Source: an uncultured Anaerolineales bacterium
GTDB taxonomy: Bacteria; Chloroflexota; Anaerolineae; CG2-30-64-16
Assembly (NCBI GenBank): GCA_964588925.1
Contig: CAZPTI010000004.1
Span: 633-64,632 of the forward strand
Direction of reading: 5' to 3'
DNA length: 64,000 bases
Numbering within the stretch: position 1 is the first letter of the stretch; each line of letters starts with the position of its first letter. Under the pieces are notes generated by a model, which had not been told where the DNA came from, searched no databases, and was given only the letters and a program-made list of their open reading frames with translations. Shown in pieces: positions 37,931 through 47,000 of the stretch. Made by a program: the position numbers and the translations under genes.

Positions 37931-39490
37931 ATGAAGCGCCCTTTTGTGAATGAACCCTTGACCGATTTCAGCGTCCGCGCCAACGCCGATGCGTTTCAGC
38001 AGGCGCTCGACAAAGTGCGCGCCACGTTCGGCCGCGCGTATCCGCTCATCGTCGGCGGCGAGAAGATCTACACGGACGACGTGCTGGAGAGTCGAAACCC
38101 TTCCAACCCGAGCGAGGTTGTCGGCCGCGTGAGCCAGGCCACGCCCGAGCTGGCCGACCGCGCAGTGCGCGAGGCTGCGAAGGCGTTCGAGCACTGGAAG
38201 CGCATCCCCTACACCGAGCGCGCCCGTTATCTCTTTCACGCCGCGAAGATCATGCGCGAACGGAAACATGAGTTCAGCGCGCTCATGGTTTACGAGGCCG
38301 GCAAGCCCTGGGTCGAGGCGGACGCCGACACTGCGGAGGCCATTGACTTCATGGAGTTCTACGGCCGCGAGATGTTGCGCCTCGGCAAGCCGCACCCCAC
38401 GCACCCTGAGCCGTTGCACGAAACCGAGCTGCACTACATCCCCCTCGGCGTGGGCATCGTCATCCCACCGTGGAACTTCCCCTGCGCGATCATGACCGGC
38501 ATGACCACCGCGACCATCGTTACGGGCAATACGGCTGTGTTGAAACCGGCCAGCGCCACGCCCGTCATCGCCGCCTGGCTGGCCGAAATCTTCGTGGACG
38601 AGCTGCGCCTGCCTGCGGGCGTGCTCAACTTCCTGCCCGGCCCCGGCGGCGCAGTCGGCGACGTCCTGGTCGACCATCCGCTGACGCGCTTCATCGCGTT
38701 CACCGGCAGCAAGGAGGTCGGCATCCGCATCAACCAGCGCGCCGCGGCGGTCCACCCCGGCCAGAAGTGGCTCAAGCGCACCATCCTCGAAATGGGCGGC
38801 AAGGATGCGATCATCGTGGACGAGACCGCCGACCTGGACGAAGCGGCCGCGGGCATCGTCTCCGCCGCATTCGGCTACTCCGGCCAGAAGTGCTCGGCCT
38901 GCTCGCGCGCCATCATCGCTGCGCCCGTCTATAAGGAAGTGCTCGAAAAGATCGTCGAGCGGACGAAAAAGCTGGACGTGGACGATCCCGCGCTCGGTCC
39001 CGGCGTGGAGATGGGGCCGGTGATCGACGAGAAGGCGCTGAAGAAGCACCTGGAGTACATCGAGATCGGCAAGCGCGAAGGACGGCTGGTCGCGGGCGGC
39101 GGGCGCATCGAGCGGCCGGAAGGCGGCTACTTCCTCCAGCCGACCGTCATTGCTGACATCGAGCCCGACGCGCGGCTGGCGCAGGAAGAGGTGTTCGGCC
39201 CGGTGCTCGCGGTCATCCGCGCGCTCGACTACGTCGACGGGCTGAACATCGCCAACAACACCGAGTACGGCCTGACCGGCAGCCTCTACTCCATGCGCCG
39301 CGACCGTCTCGAATGCGCGCGGCAGGAGTTCCACGTCGGCAACCTGTACCTCAACCGCAAGTGCACCCACGCGCTCGTCGGCGTGCACCCGTTCGGCGGC
39401 TTCAACATGAGCGGCACCGACTCCAAGGCCGGCGGCAGCGACTACTTGCAGTTGTTCATGCAAGCGAAGGTGATCAGCGAGAAGGTGTGA
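37931..39490 (+). CDS. pruA: L-glutamate gamma-semialdehyde (1-pyrroline-5-carboxylate) dehydrogenase
   Basis: About 519 aa aldehyde dehydrogenase. EMGGKDAIIVD and GYSGQKCSACSR catalytic contexts. GGAGGA RBS before ATG 37931. Confidence 0.9.
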   Translation: MKRPFVNEPLTDFSVRANADAFQQALDKVRATFGRAYPLIVGGEKIYTDDVLESRNPSNPSEVVGRVSQATPELADRAVREAAKAFEHWKRIPYTERARYLFHAAKIMRERKHEFSALMVYEAGKPWVEADADTAEAIDFMEFYGREMLRLGKPHPTHPEPLHETELHYIPLGVGIVIPPWNFPCAIMTGMTTATIVTGNTAVLKPASATPVIAAWLAEIFVDELRLPAGVLNFLPGPGGAVGDVLVDHPLTRFIAFTGSKEVGIRINQRAAAVHPGQKWLKRTILEMGGKDAIIVDETADLDEAAAGIVSAAFGYSGQKCSACSRAIIAAPVYKEVLEKIVERTKKLDVDDPALGPGVEMGPVIDEKALKKHLEYIEIGKREGRLVAGGGRIERPEGGYFLQPTVIADIEPDARLAQEEVFGPVLAVIRALDYVDGLNIANNTEYGLTGSLYSMRRDRLECARQEFHVGNLYLNRKCTHALVGVHPFGGFNMSGTDSKAGGSDYLQLFMQAKVISEKV

Positions 39491-39503
39491 CATAAGCGCG
39501 TAA

Positions 39504-39534
39504 GACCTGACGGGTTTTCAAAACCCGTCAGGTC
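39504..39534 (+). terminator. perfect 15-bp hairpin after pruA
   Basis: GACCTGACGGGTTTT-C-AAAACCCGTCAGGTC. No clear T-tract. Confidence 0.6.
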
Positions 39535-39555
39535 TGTGGTAAACTCCCCTCGGTA

Positions 39556-40866
39556 ATGAGCGTTTACGACCCCATCCCCGGCCAGCAGTACTTCGCTCCC
39601 CACCTGCCAAGCTACGACGAGCTGCAAAGTTGCATCCGTTGCGGTCGCTGCCTTCCGGTGTGTCCGACCTATCAGCAGACGCAGTTGGAGACCTTTTCCC
39701 CGCGCGGGCGGCTTAACCTGCTGCGCGCAGTCGAAGACGCCCGCCTTCCGCTCACAAAGGGCGTCAGCGAGCACCTGTACCACTGCCTGGACTGCCGCGC
39801 CTGCAACACGGTCTGTCCCCCGGCCATTCCCATCGGGCAATTGATCGTCCACGGCCGCATGGCGGCTGAAGAAGCGCACCCCCGCCCCGCGTTCGTCCGC
39901 TTCATGCTCCGTCGCGTCCTGACAGGCGCGCGGCGGGCCGAGCTCCTCTCCGCACCCCTGCGCTTCATCCAGCGCACCGGTCTTGACCGGCTCGGCGTCG
40001 CGCTGCTGCGGCCCATCCCGCGGCTCGGCAAGCGCATCGCGGGCCTCGCGCAGTTCGCCCCCCGCTTCGGTAAGCCGCTGCGCGCGGAACTGGCGCGCGT
40101 TACCCCGTCCATCGGCCCCGCCCATCACCGCGTCGCGTTCTTCCTCGGCTGCATGATGAACGTCGCCATGCCCGACGTCAGCCGCGCGACAATCCGTGTG
40201 CTGACGAAAACCGGCTGTGAGGTGATTACCCCGCGCGGCCAGGCGTGTTGCGGCGCGCCGCACGACGACCAGGCCATGCAGGCACTGTCGCGCGACATGG
40301 CGCGGCGCAACATCGCGCTGTTCGAGCCACTGCTTGATTCTGTTGAGGCGATTGTCACCGACTGCGCAGGGTGCAGCGCCGCGTTGAAGGAGTATGCTGA
40401 GTGGCTGGCCGACGACCCTGCCTGGGCCGACCGCGCGCGGCGCTTTAGCGCGAAGGCGCGCGATGTGACCGAGTGGCTGGATGCTTACTGGCCGGATGGT
40501 TTGCCGCTGAAAATGGCCGAGACGCAGGCTACCTACCACGACCCCTGCCACCTTGCCAACTGCCAGGGCGTGCGCTCGCAGCCGCGTCGCCTGCTCGCCC
40601 GCATCACCGGGCTGACGCTGCGCCCCCTGCCCGACAGCCATCCGGTCCGCTGCTGCGGCAGCGCGGGCATCTACAATCTCACTCACACGCCCATGTCGCT
40701 GGCCCTGCTTGACCGCAAGATGGACGACGTCGCGCAAACCGGCGCGGAGGTTGTTGTCAGCGCCAACCCCGGCTGCCTCCTGCAACTGGAGTGGGGCAAT
40801 CGACGGCGCGATGGGAAGCTGGCCGTCAAGCACGTGGTCGAGATGCTCGACGAAGGGCTGCAATGA
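39556..40866 (+). CDS. glcF: glycolate oxidase iron-sulfur subunit (GlcF-like, 2x4Fe-4S + CCG domains)
   Basis: CIRCGRCLPVCP and CLDCRACNTVCP clusters; CCG motif PVRCCGSAG. Confidence 0.85.
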   Translation: MSVYDPIPGQQYFAPHLPSYDELQSCIRCGRCLPVCPTYQQTQLETFSPRGRLNLLRAVEDARLPLTKGVSEHLYHCLDCRACNTVCPPAIPIGQLIVHGRMAAEEAHPRPAFVRFMLRRVLTGARRAELLSAPLRFIQRTGLDRLGVALLRPIPRLGKRIAGLAQFAPRFGKPLRAELARVTPSIGPAHHRVAFFLGCMMNVAMPDVSRATIRVLTKTGCEVITPRGQACCGAPHDDQAMQALSRDMARRNIALFEPLLDSVEAIVTDCAGCSAALKEYAEWLADDPAWADRARRFSAKARDVTEWLDAYWPDGLPLKMAETQATYHDPCHLANCQGVRSQPRRLLARITGLTLRPLPDSHPVRCCGSAGIYNLTHTPMSLALLDRKMDDVAQTGAEVVVSANPGCLLQLEWGNRRRDGKLAVKHVVEMLDEGLQ

Positions 40867-42248
40867 ACGCGAACATCATCCGCCGCCTGCGCGCGTCGCT
40901 CGGCGCGGACGGCGTCAGCGCGGCGCCGGAGGATTTGGCCGCTTACGCCTACGATGGCACCTGGAGCGATCAGCCGCCGGCCCTTGTCGCGCACCCACGG
41001 ACGACTGAGCAAGTAGCCGAAATCCTCCGCGTCGCGCAGGAGCAGCGCATCCCGGTTGTCCCGCGCGGAGCGGGCACCGGGCTATCGGGCGGCGCGTTGC
41101 CGGTCCCTGGCGCAATCTGCCTCAACCTGGCGCGCATGAACCGCATCCTCGAAATCTCGCACTCCGACACGCTGGCCGTCGTCCAGCCCGGCGTCGTCAC
41201 GCGTGATCTGCAACTTGCCGTCGAGCGCCTCGGCCTCTTCTACCCGCCCGACCCGGCCAGCATCTACCAGTGCACGATTGGCGGCAACGTCTCCACCAAC
41301 GCGGGCGGCCCTCGCTGTCTTAAGTACGGCGTGACGGGCGACTACGTGCTTGGCTTGGAGGTCGTGCTGCCGGGTGGCGAGGTGCTGCGGTTGGGCGGCC
41401 GGACAATGAAGAACGTCGCGGGCTACGATCTGACGCGCCTTTTTGTCGGCTCGGAGGGCACGCTTGGCGTGGTTACGGAAGTCACCCTGCGCCTGATTCC
41501 CCTGCCCGCCGCGCAACTGACGGCGCTCGCCACCTTCCCGCGGCTTACCGATGCCTGCCTTGCGGTCGGTAACATCCTGCGCGCTGGCATCACGCCACTG
41601 GTCGCAGAGTTGATGGATCAGACAGCTACCCGCGCGGTGGAGAACTTCAAGCATCTCGGCCTGCCCACCGACGTCGAGGCGCTGCTGCTGGTGGCGGTGG
41701 ACGGTGACGCGTGCGCGGTGCAGGACGAGATCGCGAAGGTGGCGGACGTGTTGCGCGCATCCGGCGCGCGCGACGTTCACCAGGCCACGACCGCTGAGGA
41801 GTCCGAGGCGCTGTGGGAGGCGCGGCGCAACCTTGCGCCCGCGCTGGCCCGGCAGGCGCGCAACCGTCTGGGTGAGGATATTACCGTCCCGCGCAGCCGC
41901 ATCCCTGACATGGTCGCGCGCATCGGCGAGGTTGGCCGCAAATACGACCTGGTGATCGCGCTGCACGGCCACGTGGGTGACGGCAACCTGCATCCGGGCA
42001 TCCTGTGCGATCGCCGGGATGCCGCTCAGATGGCGCATGTGGAGCAGGCTGCGGGCGAATTGCTCCGCGCTGCGGTCGAGCTGGGGGGCACGCTTACCGG
42101 CGAGCACGGCATCGGGGTGTTCAAGCGCGAGTACATCGCCGCCGCGCTCGACGCCAACGCGCTCGCCGCAATGGCGCGCGTCAAAGCGGTTTTTGATCCG
42201 CTTGGCATCATGAATCCTGGCAAGAAGCTGCCGCCACTATCGGACTGA
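40863..42248 (+). CDS. glcD: FAD-linked glycolate oxidase subunit GlcD-like
   Basis: FAD-binding VVPRGAGTGLSGGALP, C-terminal GEHGIG. ATGA overlap with the glcF stop. The extension to 40791 is rejected. Confidence 0.85.
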   Translation: MNANIIRRLRASLGADGVSAAPEDLAAYAYDGTWSDQPPALVAHPRTTEQVAEILRVAQEQRIPVVPRGAGTGLSGGALPVPGAICLNLARMNRILEISHSDTLAVVQPGVVTRDLQLAVERLGLFYPPDPASIYQCTIGGNVSTNAGGPRCLKYGVTGDYVLGLEVVLPGGEVLRLGGRTMKNVAGYDLTRLFVGSEGTLGVVTEVTLRLIPLPAAQLTALATFPRLTDACLAVGNILRAGITPLVAELMDQTATRAVENFKHLGLPTDVEALLLVAVDGDACAVQDEIAKVADVLRASGARDVHQATTAEESEALWEARRNLAPALARQARNRLGEDITVPRSRIPDMVARIGEVGRKYDLVIALHGHVGDGNLHPGILCDRRDAAQMAHVEQAAGELLRAAVELGGTLTGEHGIGVFKREYIAAALDANALAAMARVKAVFDPLGIMNPGKKLPPLSD

Positions 42249-42329
42249 GAATCCATCGGGGAAACGGAACAGGCACATGCGGGGCGAGCATACTTTGTAG
42301 TCATCTGTACTTGCAGCCCCCTTCCTCCC

Positions 42330-43094
42330 TCAGCGCGCTACCGGCGCACGCTGCAAGTCGCCCTCGATCTTGCCGAGAAATGCCGCAATCCACGCATCCT
42401 TAACCGTTCCCCCCGTGACCCGCAGCCAGTCCCCTTTTTCCGTTCGCCCCGTCACCGTGAACTGATCGCCCGCCGCGGCGGTTGCCACGCGCGCGTAACT
42501 CGTCCCGGGCCCACCGCGCAGGTTCGCATCGCGGGTCACGGTGAGACGGACAGCCTGTCGCGCGGCCTCCAGGCTCTCCGGCAGCGCGTGCGCCTCCGCG
42601 GAACCCGGCGCGCGCGTAGCCACGTCTAGTTTCGCGCGACAGAACGCCGCGCGCGCGGCGACCTCGTCGAACGGCCCCTTGTCCAGGTTGTTGATGCCTT
42701 TAAGCGCAAATGATGCCAGATCCTGACAACCGCTGAGCGCCGCGATGACGGCCTCGTGCTTCTTGCGCTGGCTGTCGGGCGGAGCCAGCCCTTCAAGCTG
42801 CCTGTAGCCGAGATCCGCCAGCGTCGCCGCGTTGACGACCTCCTCGCGCCAGCCGTCGTCAAGGTAGCGCGGCTCCGCCAGCAGTCCTAACACCCGTTCG
42901 AGCGCTTGATCGACCGCGCGGACCGCGGCATTCATCTGTAACGCAAACGTCTCCGGCGAGGTGGTCGGTCGGGTCATTACGAGCGATGAGGCCGGCATTG
43001 CGCCGATCTCTCCTGCGCAGCCGGCCAGCAACAACAGCAAGCCCTCCGTCGTCGCCACCAGCGTGGCCCGCAACTTCCTCATACCAAACCCCAT
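42330..43094 (-). CDS. lipoprotein with C-terminal bacterial SH3 domain
   Basis: Lipobox LLLLAGC. The C-terminus ANLRGGPGTSYARVATAAAGDQFTVTGRTEKGDWLRV is SH3b-like. Confidence 0.7.
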   Translation of the reverse strand: MGFGMRKLRATLVATTEGLLLLLAGCAGEIGAMPASSLVMTRPTTSPETFALQMNAAVRAVDQALERVLGLLAEPRYLDDGWREEVVNAATLADLGYRQLEGLAPPDSQRKKHEAVIAALSGCQDLASFALKGINNLDKGPFDEVAARAAFCRAKLDVATRAPGSAEAHALPESLEAARQAVRLTVTRDANLRGGPGTSYARVATAAAGDQFTVTGRTEKGDWLRVTGGTVKDAWIAAFLGKIEGDLQRAPVAR

Positions 43095-43360
43095 CGATCC
43101 TCAAGATCGCTGCAAAGTTTGCTGAAAACATCATGCGTTGCCAATCACCAGCAATGGTAGCAGGAAGGGGCTGGCTGGCGCATCTGTCGTTTGCCGTATT
43201 CGTCCTCAACTAGGCGCGCAACCTGGCGCAGCGTCATCTCATACCAAAGAGTGAGATCAGAATTGTTAATACCCTTCGCAAAATATCATTCCACACGCAG
43301 AGGTGCGCGACCCATTTTCGCTGTATTCTGTTAACCAGGCGTGGCGAGCAGGTCCCTGCG

Positions 43361-43370
43361 CCCCCCCCCC
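43361..43370 (+). repeat. C10 homopolymer
   Basis: Ten consecutive C residues, 53 nt upstream of the 43423 start codon. Confidence 0.95.
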
Positions 43371-43422
43371 GCTCTCGATGGGCTTCTTAGTGCAACCCAG
43401 CCGCGACTGGCGAGTAGGGTAG

Positions 43423-43800
43423 ATGACCATTCGACTGTTCATCATCGAAAACCAGCCTGCCGTGGGCATCGGCCTTGAACTGCTGCTGGGCGCCGAGACA
43501 GGTTTCTGTGTGGTCGGTGTCGCGGCCAACTGCGCCAGCGCGCTCCAGAAGCTCACGCTCCTCCGCCCGGATGTCGTGATCCTCGACATTGATGGTCCGC
43601 AGCTTGAGTTGCAAGCCTCGATCGCGGCGCTGCGCCAGATCAGCTCTCAGGCATCGCTCGTCATCATTACGTTGCTCGACGGTGCGCGTACCAGCCGCAT
43701 CGCGGAACAAGCTTGCGCGTCTGCGGTTGTGTTCAAACACTCGTCCGCAAGCGCATTGTTGAATACGATTCGAGAGGTCGCCCCCACTGAAATCGAATGA
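43423..43800 (+). CDS. stand-alone response-regulator receiver domain
   Basis: 125 aa. Phospho-acceptor context DVVILDIDGP, T in VIITLL, K in VVFKHS. The acidic pair is replaced by EN (LFIIENQP). No output domain. Confidence 0.75.
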   Translation: MTIRLFIIENQPAVGIGLELLLGAETGFCVVGVAANCASALQKLTLLRPDVVILDIDGPQLELQASIAALRQISSQASLVIITLLDGARTSRIAEQACASAVVFKHSSASALLNTIREVAPTEIE

Positions 43801-44010
43801 TGCGAATGATGTTGATGTCGGAGAGGCGTTGAAGGTTCCTTTTTGAGTATCGCGCGGCAATCAATGTTGCCCGCGTCTTCCAAAGCCTCGGCTTGCCGCA
43901 CCGGTCCGGCTCTCATCTCGTCGAACTCGCCAGCGTCGAGATAACGAATGCGTCTTACCGATCCGTTTCACCGACGGTCCGACCGTGAAAGGAGTCGTCG
44001 CCATCAAAAG

Positions 44011-44057
44011 CGCAGTTAGCGCGCAGATTCTTTCCTCTCAACATAACCGCAGTTAGC
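44011..44057 (+). repeat. 10-bp direct repeat pair in the MCO promoter region
   Basis: CGCAGTTAGC at 44011-44020 and 44048-44057. The second copy ends 15 nt before ATG 44073. Confidence 0.6.
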
Positions 44058-44072
44058 AAAAGGAGTCCTGCC

Positions 44073-47000
44073 ATGCGCTGGAGGAAGACAACACATCTCA
44101 TCGTCCTGGTCAGCGTTGCGCTGTCGCTGTTGATGAGCGGCAGCGCAACCGCGGCTGTTCAGCGTCCGGAGCCCGGCGGCGGTCAGGTGACAAGGTACGC
44201 CGAGAAGGTCGAGAAGATCAAGACGAAGAAGGAGCAGCGGCTTAAGCAAAAGGATCGCGATGCCGCAGCCGCTCGCGCCTTGCAGAAAGGCGCGCTAAAC
44301 CCGTTGATGCGGGGCACGAAGTCGGGAATGCCGAAGGGCGCGGATGCGGTCGCGCTGGCCGCGGTGGCGCCGCACTACTTCAGCCATCCGAACTACGCCA
44401 ACAGTCCCCTGCCGACCGTGTCGCAGGACGCGCCGCTGGCATACGGCAACGCGCCGCTCGCAGCGGCCGCAGCCAGCGATACGGTGAACACCTTCGTCGT
44501 CCTTACCGCGGCCCCGCTGCTGGCTGACCTGCCAGGAACCGACGGCTACCTGACCGCGTTCGAGGTCTGGAATCAGCCGTTGACCGCCGGCGTCGCGTCC
44601 GCGGGGAAGCAATTCCACGCATACGTCCTTCGCCCTACTGCCGTCGCCGACCTCTACACGGTCGTCTTTGACAGCGGCTTGTTAACCGTGCCGCCGCTCG
44701 TTAATCCGGCGGGCGATCTGGTCACATATGCCGTGGCAAACCTGCCGGTCAAAAAGGGTGACGTGCTGGCATTCTACGGCCAGGGTGTTCCTGTATCGAC
44801 CGGCTCCGGCACGGACTGGGTGAGTGTCCCGCCGGTTAACGCGCCCCCGCTGCAAGACTCGGTCATTGAATTGGGCGGCAAGGTATACCCGGCCAACGGT
44901 GGCGCGCGGACCTACTCGTTCCGCGGCCAGGTGCTCGATGCAGACGCGGTCACCGTCACGGGCGGCATCCGCAAGTTTGTAGATGGGCTGCCCGGCCTGA
45001 CCTCCGCCGGCGCAAACAACCTCGGCCAGTATGTCTCGGTCGCTACGGCTGACACCGCGGCCTACAGCGGCTCCGACTATTACGAGATCGGCCTGGTGCA
45101 GTATCGCGAGAAGATGCACTCAGACCTGCCCCCCACCTTGCTGCGCGGCTACGTGCAGCTTGCGGGCAAGACGCCGTGCGCGGCCGAGACGGTCGAGCTG
45201 TTCAACGCGCCGCTTGACCCGAACGCGCCCCCCGCCTCCACCGGCTGGTGCGGTGTCGACAACCCGCACTATCTCGGCGCGACCATTGCGGCCACCAGGG
45301 ATCGCCCCGTGCGCATCCTCTTCCGCAACCTGCTCCCCACCGGCGCGGGCGGCAACCTCTTCATCCCGACCGACATCACGGTCATGGGCGCTGGCATGGG
45401 GCCCTCGATGTGGGGCATGCCGGAGACAGACCCGCAGGAGCCCACCTGCGGCCTCGATCCTAAGCCCGCAGGCTGCTACACCGAGAACCGCGCGGTGCTG
45501 CACCTGCACGGCGGGCGCACTCCGTGGATCAGCGACGGGACGCCGCACCAGTGGATTTCCCCCTTCGGCGAGCGCCCGCATCTGACTGACAACGGCTCGC
45601 CGCTGGAGAACAAGGGCGATAGCGTGTCTTACGTGCCCGACATGTGGTACGATGCGAGCGGCAATATGATCGCAAGCTGCGCGGGCCAAACGACCTGCGC
45701 GGTGGCCGGCGCGACGAACTACCCCGGCGAGGGCTCCCAAACCTACTACTACACCAACCAGCAGAGTGCGCGTTTGCTCTTCTACCACGACCACGCCTGG
45801 GGCATTACGCGCCTCAACGTGTATGCAGGCGAGGCCGCGGGTTACCTGATCGCGGACGACGTGGAGCAGATGCTGCTCGATCAGGGCATCCTCCCGCCCG
45901 CGGACGACACCATCCCGCTCGTGATCCAGGACAAGACGTTCGTGCCGAGCGCGGAGCAGCTTGCGGCGACCGACGAGACGTGGGACAGCGCGAAATGGGG
46001 CGGCGAAGGTAACCTCTGGCTGCCGCACGTCTACTCCCCTGCGCAGAATCCCGGCGACAGCTCCGGTGTCAACCAGTACGGCCGCTGGGCCTACGGCCCG
46101 TGGTTCTGGCCGCCTACGAACAACATCCTCTACCCGCCGGTCGCCAACCCGTACTACGAGGCGGACTGCGATCCCGAGGAGACGTGGTGCGAGCCGCCGC
46201 AGATGCCGGGCACGCCCTTCAATTCGATGGGCATGGAGGCGTTCCACGACACGCCCCTGGTGAACGGCACCGCGTATCCGACCATCACAGTCGACCCGAA
46301 AGCCTACCGTTTCCGGGTGTTGAACGCGGCCAGTGACCGGTTCCTCAACCTGTCGCTCTACACCGCGGTCGACGCGGACGGGGTGCCCTGTGATGCGGAG
46401 AATCCCAATCCCGCGCCGGAGAGCACGGGCGTGGCCTGCACTGAGGCGCCGCTGAACCCGGACGAGGTCGCGGCGGCGCTCGCCGATTCGACCATCTTCC
46501 CGACCCCGCTTGCCGGAACCGAGGGCCCGGACTGGATTCAGTTCGGCACCGAAGGCGGCTTCTTGCCCGCACCCGTCGCCATTCCGGCGCAACCCACCAC
46601 GTGGGTCAACGACCCGACCGTGTTCAACGCCGGCAACGTCGACCTGCACTCGCTGCTGCTCGGACCGGCCGAACGCGCGGACGCGGTGGTCGACTTCTCA
46701 GCGTTTGCCGGCCACACCCTGATCTTGTACAACGATGCGCCCGCGGCCTTCCCGGCCCGCGACCCGCGCTATGACTATTACACGGGCAACGGGGACTATC
46801 GTGACACCGGCGGCGCACCGTCAACGCTGCGCGGCTATGGCCCGAACATCCGCACCGTCATGCAGATCAAGGTCGCGGCCGTGACCCCCGCCCTTGCTTA
46901 CGACGTAGCCGCGCTGGAAGACGCGTTCAAGTCCAAGAGCCTCGGCGGCCTGGGCGTGTTCGAGGACGGGCAGGACCCCATCATCGTCGGCCAGGGCGCG

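Noticed and set aside
37925-39493. 522-aa minus-strand ORF
   Set aside because: It exactly mirrors the pruA aldehyde dehydrogenase gene and has no family signature.
43801-44072. Possible degraded LuxR-type HTH after the stand-alone receiver (pseudogenised response regulator)
   Set aside because: I translated the three forward frames by eye and found no LuxR HTH remnant (no xREREVL...SNKEIA-like string). It is treated as intergenic or promoter DNA.
45120-46649. 509-aa minus-strand ORF inside the MCO gene
   Set aside because: It is antisense to a gene with all four copper motifs, and its composition is Arg/Gly/Val-rich.
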